The notes below the pieces were generated by a model that was not told where the DNA came from, searched no databases, and worked only from the letters and a program-made list of their open reading frames with translations. Made by a program: the position numbers and the translations under genes. From an uncultured Actinomycetes bacterium (GTDB lineage Bacteria; Actinomycetota; Acidimicrobiia; IMCC26256; JAOSJL01): DNA of 64,000 nt. The stretch is from NCBI GenBank assembly GCA_963704035.1, contig CAVPGR010000004.1, positions 1,048,219-1,112,218 of the forward strand, written 5' to 3'. Shown here piece after piece: positions 31,682 to 41,380 of the stretch (the first letter of the stretch is position 1; every line of letters begins with the position of its first letter).

Positions 31682-32037
31682 GTGACGGCCCAGAACACGG
31701 CACCAACCCGGCGTCGCACCCCCCTGGCGTGGCTGCTGCTCGGACTGGTCAAGGTCTACCGGACGGTGAGTGCCGGCACCCGGCCGCACTGTCGGTACCT
31801 CCCGACCTGTTCGGCGTACGCGGAAGAAGCGCTACGTACTCACGGGGCGTTGCGCGGCGGTTGGATGGCCATCCGACGGATCTCGCGTTGTCATCCGTGG
31901 GGCGACTCGGGCTACGACCCTGTCCCCGGCACGCACCGACGTGACGCGGGTGGAGACACGCCGGGAACCGGTGCACGTGGGCACGGCCCCCGACAGCCCA
32001 CGACGGCGCGCACAACGCGGCGCGAAAGGCGGCCTAG
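31682..32037 (+). CDS. yidD: membrane protein insertion efficiency factor YidD (3' end uncertain)
   Basis: [46 protein letters not shown] (core ends 31927). The listed frame has no stop until 32641; a TAG at 32035-37 lies in another frame. Confidence 0.6.
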
Positions 32038-33105
32038 ATGGAGCTTCTCTCCACGGCATGGAACGCCATTCTCAATGCCCTCGGGGCGATCCTCGCCTTC
32101 TTCTACGCCATCGTCCCGAGCTACGGCTTTGCCATCATCGGGCTCACGGTTCTCCTCAGGCTCCTGCTCTACCCGCTCACCGCCAAACAGGCACGCTCGA
32201 TGCTGGCCATGCAGCGGATCCAGCCGGAGATCAAGAAGCTCCAGGCGAAGTACAAGAACGACCGCCAGCGTCTCAACGAAGAGACGATGGCGTTCTACAA
32301 GGAGAACAAGATCAATCCGCTCGCGGGGTGTCTGCCTCTCCTCGCGCAGATGCCGATCTTCATCGCGCTGTTCCGGATCCTGCGCAACCCGTTCGAGTAC
32401 ATCCCTCAGGGCTCCGCGCTCTACGACTCGTTCTGCGGTGGGGTATCCCCCGACAGCTGCAACCCCATCGGTCTCAAGTTCCTCAACGTCGATCTGTCGC
32501 TCAGCGCCCAGGATCCACACGGGTCCTTCGTGGCGGCGCTGCCTTACCTCCTGCTGGTCGCCCTCGTGGGGCTCAGCGGGTACCTCCAGTCACGCCAGTC
32601 GATGCGCTACCAGGCGCAGGCCAACCCCCAGACCCAGATGATCGGCAAGCTCATGCCCGTCATCTTCATGTTCATCTCGCTCTCCCTGCCTGCCGGCGTG
32701 GTGCTCTACTTCCTCGTGAGCAACGTCTGGCAGATCGGACAGCAGGAGATAATCTTCCGCCGTGAGGGCCAGGAACCCGTAGCCGCTCCGGAAGGCTCTC
32801 GCGAGCGGAAGTCGGCAGGGCGGGCGACGCCCCCCAAGAACTCCCGAAGCGGAGCGGTGTCCTCGGACGCAGGAAAGGCCGCAGCAGCCACGAAGACCAC
32901 GCCGACGAAGACCACGCCGACGGAGGCAAAGCCCTCCAAAGCCCCGCCCCCGGGATCGAAGAAGGCAGGGTCCCCGGCGAGTTCGCAGCGGTCCTCGTCC
33001 GGGAAGAGCCCCATTCGAAGCGGCCGGCGTGGCCCTGTGACGGGCAAGCAGGCTGCGCCCGACGAGCCCGGCGCTCCACGTCCCCCCAAGAAGAAACGGA
33101 AGTAG
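32038..33105 (+). CDS. yidC: membrane protein insertase YidC
   Basis: Short Gram-positive-type YidC ([43 protein letters not shown]) with a basic Pro/Lys-rich tail. Confidence 0.9.
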   Translation: MELLSTAWNAILNALGAILAFFYAIVPSYGFAIIGLTVLLRLLLYPLTAKQARSMLAMQRIQPEIKKLQAKYKNDRQRLNEETMAFYKENKINPLAGCLPLLAQMPIFIALFRILRNPFEYIPQGSALYDSFCGGVSPDSCNPIGLKFLNVDLSLSAQDPHGSFVAALPYLLLVALVGLSGYLQSRQSMRYQAQANPQTQMIGKLMPVIFMFISLSLPAGVVLYFLVSNVWQIGQQEIIFRREGQEPVAAPEGSRERKSAGRATPPKNSRSGAVSSDAGKAAAATKTTPTKTTPTEAKPSKAPPPGSKKAGSPASSQRSSSGKSPIRSGRRGPVTGKQAAPDEPGAPRPPKKKRK

Positions 33106-33108
33106 TTC

Positions 33109-34272
33109 ATGGAATGGATCGAGATCACCGCCTCGAGTGAACACGAGGCATTGGATCGGGCGCTGGATGAACTGGGTGTCCACCGCGACGAGGCCGAGTG
33201 GGAAGTGATCGAGGTCTCCAAGGCGCGCCTCGGAGGGCTTCTCGGACGTAGTGAGGCGCGTATCCGCGCCCGCATCAAGCCGGTGTCCAGAGAGAAGCCC
33301 CGGACCAGCCGCGATCGTGCCCGGGGTGGACGCTCTTCGGGGGGCAAGGGTCGCCGTGGCGACGGGAACAAGGGCAACGGTCGGCGGGGCAAGGGCGCTC
33401 AGCAACAGTCCGGAAACAAGCAGGAAGACCGTAAGCAGGAGGACCGTAAGCAGGACGGCCGTAAGCAGGGCGACCGCAAGCAGGGCGACCGCAAGCAGGA
33501 CGCCGGGAAGTCCGAGAACGCCAAGAAGGACGGATCCCGCGACGCGAACAGGCGCGGTGGCGACGGCCGGTCGGGTACGAAGTCGAGCGCCCAGGATCGC
33601 GACCGGACCCGACCCGGTCGAAACCGGTCGGGTCGCAGGGGTGGCGCAGCGGCGTCGGGTGGCGGTCGGCGTCCGGCCGGAAGCGACCGTCCCGACAGCG
33701 GGAATGGTGACAGAGATCGACGTGACGAGGCTTCCGGGCGCAAGGCGCGCGGGGGCGAACGAGGAGGAGCACCGGTGAACGAAGGCGCTGAGCGCGACGA
33801 GGAATCGGTACCCATCGACGAGCAGGCTGATATCGCCGAGGATTTCGTGGCGGGGTTGGTCGAGGCTTTCGACGTGGACGCCGACATCGGTATCGACGCC
33901 GACGACGAGGACTGGGTACTCCAGATCACCGTGGAGGGTTCGGAGCTCGGCCTGCTGGTGGGCCGGGGAGGCGCCACCATCACGGCGATCGAGGAGCTGA
34001 CCCGAACCGTGCTCCAGCGGCGGACCGGCGGCCAGGCGGCCCGGGTCCGCGTCGACGTCGGAGGCTACCGGGCGGCACGCCGCAAGGCTCTCGAGGAGTT
34101 CGCACGAGGCCTGATCGACAAGGTGCGTGAAACGGGTCGGGCACAGGAGCTCGAACCCATGAGCGCCGCCGACCGCAAGGTCGTGCACGGAGTCGCTGCC
34201 GAGGACGACGACGTGACCACCTCCTCGGAGGGCGAGGAACCCCGCCGCCGGGTGGTCATCCACCCCGCCTGA
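33109..34272 (+). CDS. jag: Jag/KhpB-type RNA-binding protein (Jag_N, KH, R3H) with a large low-complexity insert
   Basis: N-terminal MEWIEITASSEHEALDRALDELG, C-terminal KH/R3H (LLVGRGGATITAIEEL; MSAADRKVVH), about 190-aa Arg/Gly/Lys-rich linker. Confidence 0.85.
   Translation: MEWIEITASSEHEALDRALDELGVHRDEAEWEVIEVSKARLGGLLGRSEARIRARIKPVSREKPRTSRDRARGGRSSGGKGRRGDGNKGNGRRGKGAQQQSGNKQEDRKQEDRKQDGRKQGDRKQGDRKQDAGKSENAKKDGSRDANRRGGDGRSGTKSSAQDRDRTRPGRNRSGRRGGAAASGGGRRPAGSDRPDSGNGDRDRRDEASGRKARGGERGGAPVNEGAERDEESVPIDEQADIAEDFVAGLVEAFDVDADIGIDADDEDWVLQITVEGSELGLLVGRGGATITAIEELTRTVLQRRTGGQAARVRVDVGGYRAARRKALEEFARGLIDKVRETGRAQELEPMSAADRKVVHGVAAEDDDVTTSSEGEEPRRRVVIHPA
33418..33507 (+). repeat. 6 x 15-bp coding tandem repeat (KQEDR-like units)
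   Basis: aagcagg[ag]Ngaccg[tc] units back to back. Confidence 0.85.
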
Positions 34273-34288
34273 CCGCCGCCGCTGCGCG

Positions 34289-34939
34289 ATGCCGATCGAC
34301 GAGAGGACACGGCGCCTCCTCGTCACCGAATTGGAGAGAGCCCGCGATCGCGGCGTTCTCGGGCCTGGCCCCGTCGAGGACAAACTTGAGCACTCGCGGG
34401 GCTTTGCCGAGTGTGTCGGCGCAGCACCGACCCGGTTGCTCGATCTCGGTTCGGGCGGCGGAATCCCCGGCCTCGTTCTGGCGGCCTTGTGGGAGCAGAC
34501 CCGCATCACCCTGCTCGACGCCTCCTCTCGGCGTTGCGACAGCCTGCGACTGGCGGTCGGGCGTCTGGGCTGGGGCGGCCGGGTCGAGGTGATCGAGGGT
34601 CGGGCGGAGGAGGTCGGCCACGAAGCGTCGTTTCGGGAGGGCTTCGAGGTCGTGACGGCACGCTCCTTTGGAATCCCGGCGGTGACGGCGGAGTGTTCGG
34701 CGGCGTTTCTGGCTCCCGGCGGAATCCTTGTGGTGAGCGAGCCCCCTGCACACGGCGGGGCCACCCTGTCCGACGGCCTTCGGTGGCCCAGAGAAGGGTT
34801 GGCCGAACTCGGTCTGAGCGCCGGCGAAGCGCTGAGAACCGGGGGTGCCGGATTTCAGACGATCCGCCGGGCGGGGCCGATTTCCTCCAGATTTCCGAGG
34901 AGGGTCGGGATCCCCGTTCGACGGCCTCTCTGGGGTTAG
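34289..34939 (+). CDS. rsmG: 16S rRNA m7G527 methyltransferase RsmG
   Basis: LLDLGSGGGIPGLVLA SAM motif; lies between jag and parA. Confidence 0.9.
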   Translation: MPIDERTRRLLVTELERARDRGVLGPGPVEDKLEHSRGFAECVGAAPTRLLDLGSGGGIPGLVLAALWEQTRITLLDASSRRCDSLRLAVGRLGWGGRVEVIEGRAEEVGHEASFREGFEVVTARSFGIPAVTAECSAAFLAPGGILVVSEPPAHGGATLSDGLRWPREGLAELGLSAGEALRTGGAGFQTIRRAGPISSRFPRRVGIPVRRPLWG

Positions 34940-34955
34940 CATGCGCCGACCGGGC

Positions 34956-34969
34956 GTTCCACGTGAAAC
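34956..34969. promoter_or_regulatory. parS site
   Basis: GTTCCACGTGAAAC, 13/14 match to the GTTTCACGTGAAAC consensus. Confidence 0.7.
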
Positions 34970-35031
34970 GTTTCCGGTGAAGTTCGACGGTGAAGTTCGG
35001 CAGAGTTTCGGCAGTGAAGTTCGACTCGACG

Positions 35032-35045
35032 GTTCCACGTGGAAC
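35032..35045. promoter_or_regulatory. parS site (perfect palindrome variant)
   Basis: GTTCCACGTGGAAC, symmetric variant of the parS consensus. Confidence 0.7.
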
Positions 35046-35079
35046 AACCGCCTCCTCCACCGAGGCGTGTTGATGGGAG

Positions 35080-35388
35080 GTGCGCATGGCGAAGGACGGG
35101 CAGGAGGTCAAGCGCCGAGGTCGGAAGATCTTCGCAGCGCTCCGACGACACGGTGACGAGGCTCCCTCCGAAGAGGTCGCCCCGGAGCCCCCGAGCCCGC
35201 CTGTTGCCGAACCGGGTGACGACATCGTGATCCAACACTCGGACGTCGAGGCCGTCGAGGTCGATGTGGTCGAGGTCGATGTGGAAGAGCCCGAACCGGA
35301 GGACGACAGCGGTGATGACGGGGTCGACGTCACGGGCGGCGATGTCACGGGCGGCGATGAGGACGCCGAGGTGAGGAGGCGACCCTGA
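35080..35388 (+). CDS. acidic repeat-containing ORF; possibly an N-terminal ParA extension separated by a frame change
   Basis: 102-aa GTG-start ORF with internal 15-bp duplications (VEVDV x2, DVTGG x2). The frame leading into parA is open from 35361. Confidence 0.3.
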   Translation: MRMAKDGQEVKRRGRKIFAALRRHGDEAPSEEVAPEPPSPPVAEPGDDIVIQHSDVEAVEVDVVEVDVEEPEPEDDSGDDGVDVTGGDVTGGDEDAEVRRRP

Positions 35389-35441
35389 TCCCGGGAGGAT
35401 CAGCCCTGGGGGATCCGGTCGCCGACGCGGTTCTGGGGCCC

Positions 35442-36224
35442 ATGGAGCTGCCGACGGTCCTGGCCATCGCCAATCAGAAGGGCGGTGTGGGCAAGACCAC
35501 CACGACCGTCAATCTGGGAGCAGCGTTGGCTGAGCTCGACTATCGGGTCCTCGTGGTGGACCTGGATCCCCAGGGCAACGCCACGACCGGCCTGGGGATC
35601 AACGCGAGGGACCTCGAACACTCGGTGTACGACGTGATCATGGCGGACACCCCTGTGGAGGACTGCATCGAATCCACGAGCCTGAAGAATCTGTTCCTCG
35701 TGCCCGCCACGATCGACCTCTCGGGGGCCGAGATCGAGCTGGTGCCGGCCTTCTCTCGGGAGCTCAAGCTCCGCCGGGCCCTGGAGCAGATCAAGGACGA
35801 GTACGACTTCACCCTCATCGACTGTCCGCCGTCGCTCGGACTCCTGACCATCAACGGCCTGGCGGCCGCCGACGACGTGATCGTGCCGATCCAGTGCGAA
35901 TACTACACGCTCGAGGGCCTGGGCCAGCTTCTCCGCAACGTGTCCCTGGTGCGGGGAAGTCTCAACCCTGCTCTCGACGTGCGCGGCATCGTGCTGACCA
36001 TGTACGACGGCCGGACGCGCCTGGCGGCGCAGGTGGAGGACGAGGTGCGGACGCACTTCGGACCGAAGGTCTACAAGACGGTGATTCCGAGGACCGTACG
36101 ACTCGGCGAGGCCCCCTCGTTCGGACAGCCGATCATCGTGTTCGATCCGACGTCCCGGGGGGCCACAACCTACCGGGACCTGGCGAAGGAAGTGAGTGAT
36201 GGCACGACAGGGCGGGCTGGGTAA
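35442..36224 (+). CDS. parA: chromosome partitioning ATPase ParA/Soj
   Basis: Deviant Walker A NQKGGVGKTTT; full-length ParA-like sequence. Confidence 0.95.
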   Translation: MELPTVLAIANQKGGVGKTTTTVNLGAALAELDYRVLVVDLDPQGNATTGLGINARDLEHSVYDVIMADTPVEDCIESTSLKNLFLVPATIDLSGAEIELVPAFSRELKLRRALEQIKDEYDFTLIDCPPSLGLLTINGLAAADDVIVPIQCEYYTLEGLGQLLRNVSLVRGSLNPALDVRGIVLTMYDGRTRLAAQVEDEVRTHFGPKVYKTVIPRTVRLGEAPSFGQPIIVFDPTSRGATTYRDLAKEVSDGTTGRAG

Positions 36225-37098
36225 GGGTCTCGGGGCTCTCATCCCGGCTGAAGGCGGGCCGGCGAGCGGGGGGCTCCAGGAGATCCCGATCGCGGCGATC
36301 CAGACCAACAAGTTCCAGCCACGGCGCTACTTCGACGAGGAGCAGATGGCGGAGCTGGCGGAGTCGATCCGCGAGGTGGGGGTGCTCCAGCCGGTGCTGG
36401 TGCGCCCGGGGCCCGACGAGGGCTTCGAGCTCATCGCCGGTGAGCGGCGCTGCCGTGCCGCCAAGCGTGTGGGTCTCCAGACGATCCCGGCGGTGGTGCG
36501 CGAGTCCGACGACGCCTCCGCTCTCGAGCAGGCACTGGTGGAGAACGTCCAACGCACCGACCTCAACCCCATGGAGGAGGCAGCGGCCTATCAGCAGCTC
36601 ATCGAGGACTTCGGGCTCACCCACGAGGAACTGGCCAAGCGTGTCGGCCGCAAGAGGGCCACGGTCACCAACACGTTGAGGCTTCTCCAACTACCTCCGT
36701 CGATCCAGAAGCTGGTGCAGGAGCGGCGCATCGGCGCCGGGCACGCTCGGGCGTTGCTGGGTACCCCTGATCGGGCGTTCCAGGAGCAGCTCGCCCGCCG
36801 AGCGGTCAAGGAAGACCTGTCGGTGCGTGATCTGGAGGAGTCGGTGCGGGCCCGCGGGGGAGAGGCCGCCGGGTCGACGAGGGAGCCCTCACCGGCAGCC
36901 AAGAGACTGAGACCTCCGGGACTCCTCGAGCTGGAGGAACTGCTCGGCGACCACCTCGACACCCGCGTGAGGGTCGCGATGACCGCCAAGCGCGGCAAGG
37001 TGACCATCGAGTTCTCCGACCTCGAGGATCTCGAGCGGATCTATCGCCAGATGACCGACGGCGCCAGGCAAGGAGCGGACGCCGATTCGTCCGGCTGA
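36196..37098 (+). CDS. parB: chromosome partitioning protein ParB/Spo0J
   Basis: GLGKGLGALIP, ParB box GERRCRAAK, HTH region. Confidence 0.95.
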   Translation: MMARQGGLGKGLGALIPAEGGPASGGLQEIPIAAIQTNKFQPRRYFDEEQMAELAESIREVGVLQPVLVRPGPDEGFELIAGERRCRAAKRVGLQTIPAVVRESDDASALEQALVENVQRTDLNPMEEAAAYQQLIEDFGLTHEELAKRVGRKRATVTNTLRLLQLPPSIQKLVQERRIGAGHARALLGTPDRAFQEQLARRAVKEDLSVRDLEESVRARGGEAAGSTREPSPAAKRLRPPGLLELEELLGDHLDTRVRVAMTAKRGKVTIEFSDLEDLERIYRQMTDGARQGADADSSG

Positions 37099-37125
37099 GC
37101 CACGGTCTCGCTCGTGACCCGGGTC

Positions 37126-38109
37126 TCAGTCGTCGGGGGGTTCTTCGACGCCGCGCTGGACACCCAGCGCCACCGCACGGGCCACCGCTCCGGACCCACT
37201 CACGAGTCGCCGCATGGCGGCGACGTCACCGGCCTCGACCGGTTCGCACACCACCGCCGGCATGCGCGTCTCGCGCAACAGAGTGTAGGTCCGGCCGCGG
37301 GCCCCGCCCACGGCCAGACCGGTTTTGGCAAGTTCTTCCAGAAGACGCCCGGCGAGGTGGAACCCTGCCTCTGAACGGAAACGACCTGACTCGAAGAACG
37401 AACAGCAACAGCCTGGGGTGTCGCCGAGTCGAAGGGACAGGCACACTCCGGCCTCGAAACGGTTGGCGGCGTCGGCGACGGCGGATTCGTCGGTGGCGGA
37501 ACGGTTCACGACGACGTCGGCTCCCAGCAGGCTGAGCTCGCGCCCCACGGACTCAGCCAGCGCCTCCAGACCCGGCTCCGACGCCAGGTACACGCGGGTC
37601 CCGGGAATCTGGCGGGTCGCTCGCAGCGCCTCGCGTTCCTTCAGAGCGGCGATCGAGCCTTGGGCGAGCGATCCCACACGTCGGAGCTCCGCCAGGCTGG
37701 CCGGACCGCAGATGGCGTCGGGCATGATGGCGGCGTTTCGTTGGAAATCGATCAGAGCTCCGGCCGTGTCGGGTCCGAAGATGGCGTCCTCGCGGCCAGC
37801 GTCGAAACCCAGGGCGTTGAGTCGGTGTTGCAGGTCGCCCACGTCGTCGCCGCGCAGCATCGGTCGTCGCAGATACAGGAGGCGATCACCGAGCGCGTAT
37901 CCGCTCTCGACGAGCGCCGACCAGGTCTGGCGCCCGCAGATCCCGTCGATCCGGAGCCCTCGCTCGGTCTGGAACGAGCGCACGGCGCTCTCAGTGGCCT
38001 CACCGAACTCGCCGCGATCGCCGCCGACGTCGTGTCCCGCTCCGCTGAGACGAACCTGCAGGTCGCGAACGGCCTCGCCCGTGTCGCCCGGCGTGATCGG
38101 CTCGGTCAA
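37126..38109 (-). CDS. CwlM-like N-acetylmuramoyl-L-alanine amidase with two peptidoglycan-binding repeats
   Basis: Two PG_binding_1-like repeats ([21 protein letters not shown]; [14 protein letters not shown]) plus an Amidase_3-like C-terminus; adjacent to trxA/trxB as in mycobacteria. Confidence 0.8.
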   Translation of the reverse strand: MTEPITPGDTGEAVRDLQVRLSGAGHDVGGDRGEFGEATESAVRSFQTERGLRIDGICGRQTWSALVESGYALGDRLLYLRRPMLRGDDVGDLQHRLNALGFDAGREDAIFGPDTAGALIDFQRNAAIMPDAICGPASLAELRRVGSLAQGSIAALKEREALRATRQIPGTRVYLASEPGLEALAESVGRELSLLGADVVVNRSATDESAVADAANRFEAGVCLSLRLGDTPGCCCSFFESGRFRSEAGFHLAGRLLEELAKTGLAVGGARGRTYTLLRETRMPAVVCEPVEAGDVAAMRRLVSGSGAVARAVALGVQRGVEEPPDD

Positions 38110-38444
38110 GTGATGTGACCCGACAGGTCTGCGAGGAGAGCACCCTTGGGCTTGGCGCCGACGATCTGGGTGGCGGGTGCACTCGCGTTGCCCGCTTCGA
38201 AGAGCAGCAGTGTCGGAATGCTCATGACGTTGAAACGCCGCGCTGTGTCGGGGTTCTCATCGATGTTCAACTTGGCGATGCGGAGCTTGCCGACCTGCTC
38301 GGTGGCGATCTCGTCGAGGACGGGAGCGACCTGCTTGCACGGTCCGCACCACTCTGCCCAGAAGTCGACGAGCACCGGCGTGTCGCTGGATCCGACGATC
38401 TCGTCGAAACTGGAGTCGGTCAGGGTCACGATGCCGTCGGCCAC
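38106..38444 (-). CDS. trxA: thioredoxin
   Basis: WCGPC active site, 112 aa. Confidence 0.95.
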   Translation of the reverse strand: MADGIVTLTDSSFDEIVGSSDTPVLVDFWAEWCGPCKQVAPVLDEIATEQVGKLRIAKLNIDENPDTARRFNVMSIPTLLLFEAGNASAPATQIVGAKPKGALLADLSGHIT

Positions 38445-38539
38445 GGAAGGTCCTTTCGGAGGAACTCGGTCGAAGAGGGTGTCAGGAAGGTTCGCGCAAC
38501 CATCGGCGATGCGCGACGGATGTTCAGCCGACGGGATGT

Positions 38540-39478
38540 TCAGCCAACGGAGTGAGCCTTGGCCTCGAGCCAGCGCTCCGCCTCGATGGCGGCCATGCAG
38601 CCGCTTCCGGCGGCGGTGACGGCCTGACGGAACACGTGGTCCTGCACGTCACCTGCGGCGAAGACCCCTTCGACCGACGTGACGGTGCTGTCGGGCGCCG
38701 TGAGGATGTAGCCGTTCTCGTCGAGATCGAGTTGGTCAGCGAACAGGCCGGTGGTCGGATCGTGGCCGATCGCCACGAAGAGCCCGTCGACGTCGAGCGT
38801 GGAGGTTTCACCGGTGACCGTGTCGGTCAGTTCGACACGTTCCACCTTGCCGTCGCCCTGGACGTCGGTGACCGTGGCGTTCCAGCGGAAGTCGATCTTG
38901 TCGTTGGCGAACGCACGCTCGGCCATGATCTTGGATGCGCGCAGTTCGTCGCGTCGGTGGATCACCGTGACCCGCGTCGCGAACTTCGTGAGGAACAGCG
39001 CCTCCTCGATGGCGGTGTCGCCCCCACCCACGACGGCGATCGGCTTGTCGCGGAAGAAGAAGCCGTCGCAGGTGGCGCACGTGGAGACGCCGTGTCCGAG
39101 GAGCTCACGTTCGGATTCGAGCCCGAGCATGCGGGCGGTGGCGCCCGTGCTGACGATCAAGGCGTCGGCCGTGTAGTCCTCGTCGTCGACGGTCACGCGG
39201 AACGGTCGCTGCGAGAGGTCGACCTCTCCCACGTCGGCCCCGACGATCTCGGTTCCGAAACGCAGCGCCTGCTCCCGGAAGTTCTTCATCAGGTCGGGAC
39301 CCATCATCCCGTCGGGGAAACCGGGGTAGTTCTCGACGTCGGTCGTGAGCATGAGCTGTCCACCGGCCTCTATGCCTTCGAACATGAGGGGTTCGAGGTT
39401 GGCGCGCGCCGCGTAGATCGCGGCGGTCAGACCGGCGGGGCCGGATCCGATGATGATGAGCCTGCGGTGGGTCGGCAT
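38540..39478 (-). CDS. trxB: thioredoxin-disulfide reductase
   Basis: GSGPAG FAD motif, CATCDG redox centre; ATG at 39478. Confidence 0.95.
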   Translation of the reverse strand: MPTHRRLIIIGSGPAGLTAAIYAARANLEPLMFEGIEAGGQLMLTTDVENYPGFPDGMMGPDLMKNFREQALRFGTEIVGADVGEVDLSQRPFRVTVDDEDYTADALIVSTGATARMLGLESERELLGHGVSTCATCDGFFFRDKPIAVVGGGDTAIEEALFLTKFATRVTVIHRRDELRASKIMAERAFANDKIDFRWNATVTDVQGDGKVERVELTDTVTGETSTLDVDGLFVAIGHDPTTGLFADQLDLDENGYILTAPDSTVTSVEGVFAAGDVQDHVFRQAVTAAGSGCMAAIEAERWLEAKAHSVG

Positions 39479-39482
39479 GTGG

Positions 39483-39785
39483 CTAGGACTCTCGAGCGTT
39501 GCTGGCAGGGACGGCGTGGCGCTTCGTCCAAGCCAACACACCTCCGATCACGAGGATTCCACCCACGATGAGATAGGAGGCCCACACGCCGGCGGGGATC
39601 CAGATGTCGAGGAAGCGAAACGTGCCGATCGCGAGGAGGATCAGCGCCGTGGCAGCGAAGAACCCGACGAGGAGGCCGTAGACGACGGCCTTGGCCGCCG
39701 CTCGTGCGGGTACGACCGTCCGGTCGCGAACGGTCGCCACGACCTGCTCGACGGTGTCGGCGGCGTCCGCGGTCCAGTCGCTCAT
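39483..39785 (-). CDS. small membrane protein
   Basis: 100-aa ORF with two TM helices. Confidence 0.45.
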   Translation of the reverse strand: MSDWTADAADTVEQVVATVRDRTVVPARAAAKAVVYGLLVGFFAATALILLAIGTFRFLDIWIPAGVWASYLIVGGILVIGGVLAWTKRHAVPASNARES

Positions 39786-39846
39786 TCGCGTGCTTCCCTT
39801 GGTGTGTCCCGTGGCGGGGCCTACTCGGGCCCGATCGGCTCCGAGG

Positions 39847-40776
39847 CTACTCGGCGGTCGCGAACGACTCCACCGGCAGCGTGGTGCAGGTGGGTAGCTC
39901 GCCGCTCAGGATGATCGTCCGCTCGGCCACCTCGTAGACGACGAGCACCCGCTCGGCGCCGTCGACGTGCACGGTGGCCACGAGGACCGGATCACCCAAC
40001 CCGGCGAAGTCGCCGCGGAGACGATCGGCACACCCCTGGGCGTCGAGGCTGTCAGCGGCGTCGGGTTCCGCCGACTCCGCTCCCGAAGCGCCGTCGCCGG
40101 AGACGGAGCGCGGTTCGGCCGGTGTCGGGGGGACCTGCAGCTGCGCCGGTGCTTCGTCGGGACTCGGACCCGTCAGGGTCGTGCCGAGGCGTTCACCCAC
40201 CAGATCGCCGACGGTGGTGTCGGCTGTGACCTCGCCCAGATCTTCGACGCCCGCCTCGTCGGTGGCGGTCGCCGAACCTGCATCCGCTGAGCCGTCGGCG
40301 GGCGCTTCGCTGAACTGATCCGAGGCGGTCTGCTCGTCGGAGCGCTGGGTGAAGAACACGGCCCCGACGGCCACCACGGCGAGAACGGCAGCGGCCACGG
40401 CGGCCGTGCCGAGCCGGGGGACGAACCGACGGCGTCGGTTGGCGTCGGCGTCGATCGTCTCACGGGTGGCGTCGGGCACCGCGTCGAGTGCGGAGCGGAC
40501 GAGCCGGCGCCGGGTCACCTCGTCGAGTGGAGCGGCCGCCCAAGCCGGAGACTGCAGAGCCTCGCGGGCCGACGACAGGGCGCTGCGCCGCTCGCGGTAG
40601 TCGTCGACGTAGCGAACAGCGCCCGCGAGGGCGTCGGGATCGACACCCAGGTCTGCCGCGAGCGCGTCGAAACTCCCGTCGAGTTCGGCCGAGATGGCCT
40701 CGTCGACCAGGGCGTCGACGCCGGGGGCGTCGACGTCACCTCCCAGGAGGCTGCGGGTCGTGGCAGGGTCAGTCAT
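39847..40776 (-). CDS. putative single-pass anti-sigma factor
   Basis: Starts 8 nt before the ECF sigma stop; cytoplasmic N-domain, one TM (AAVAAAVLAVVAVGAVFF), extracytoplasmic C-domain. Called by position only. Confidence 0.5.
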   Translation of the reverse strand: MTDPATTRSLLGGDVDAPGVDALVDEAISAELDGSFDALAADLGVDPDALAGAVRYVDDYRERRSALSSAREALQSPAWAAAPLDEVTRRRLVRSALDAVPDATRETIDADANRRRRFVPRLGTAAVAAAVLAVVAVGAVFFTQRSDEQTASDQFSEAPADGSADAGSATATDEAGVEDLGEVTADTTVGDLVGERLGTTLTGPSPDEAPAQLQVPPTPAEPRSVSGDGASGAESAEPDAADSLDAQGCADRLRGDFAGLGDPVLVATVHVDGAERVLVVYEVAERTIILSGELPTCTTLPVESFATAE

Positions 40777-41380
40777 GGTGCGTCTCTCGTATGGCGTCTC
40801 GCGAGCCCCGCGAGTTCCCGAGAATCCTCGCCAGGGAGCGCCGTCCGCGGGAGATTCGGGAACGAACCGTCCCGATCGGGACGCCCAGGACCTCGGCGAT
40901 CTCGGCGTACTCGAGCTCCTCGACGTCACGAAGCAAGAGAGCGCTGCGCAGCTCGTCGGGTACCGACGCCAGGGCGGAACGGACGTCGAGTCGGTCGGTG
41001 GCGGTGGATTCCGGCCCCGGCGCGGTGGCCACCATCTCGGGTGTCGTGTCCGTCGGCACGGGCCGGCGCCCGCGTCGGCGGGTCTCCTCGATGGCGGCGT
41101 TCGTGGCCACCCGGTACAGCCAGGTCGTAAAGGCGCTACGCCCGTCGAAGCGATCGATGCCCCGGGCGACGGCGATCATCGCCTCCTGGGTGGCATCGAG
41201 GGCGTCGGTGTGGTCGCGAACGACCCGCAGGCACAGGCGGTGGATCCGGTCGGCGTGGCGCTCCAGCAGTGTTTCGAGTGCAACACGATCACCGGCGGCG
41301 GCTGCCAGCGCCAGTTCGGTGTCGGAGTCCGGTTCAGGGACCGGTTCAGGGACCAGCTCAGGGACCAGCTCAGGGACCAT
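40769..41380 (-). CDS. ECF-type RNA polymerase sigma factor
   Basis: Region 2 (DATQEAMIAVARGIDRFDGRSAFTTWLYRVATN) and region 4 (EYAEIAEVLGVPIGTVRSRISRGR); N-terminal (VPEL/VPEP) repeat. Confidence 0.85.
   Translation of the reverse strand: MVPELVPELVPEPVPEPDSDTELALAAAAGDRVALETLLERHADRIHRLCLRVVRDHTDALDATQEAMIAVARGIDRFDGRSAFTTWLYRVATNAAIEETRRRGRRPVPTDTTPEMVATAPGPESTATDRLDVRSALASVPDELRSALLLRDVEELEYAEIAEVLGVPIGTVRSRISRGRRSLARILGNSRGSRDAIRETHHD

Noticed and set aside
29251-34764. Long ORFs antisense to dnaA (29251-30966, +) and to yidC/jag (32590-34764, -)
   Set aside because: The opposite strands encode unmistakable DnaA, YidC and Jag. The antisense products are low-complexity Arg/Pro/Gly-rich.
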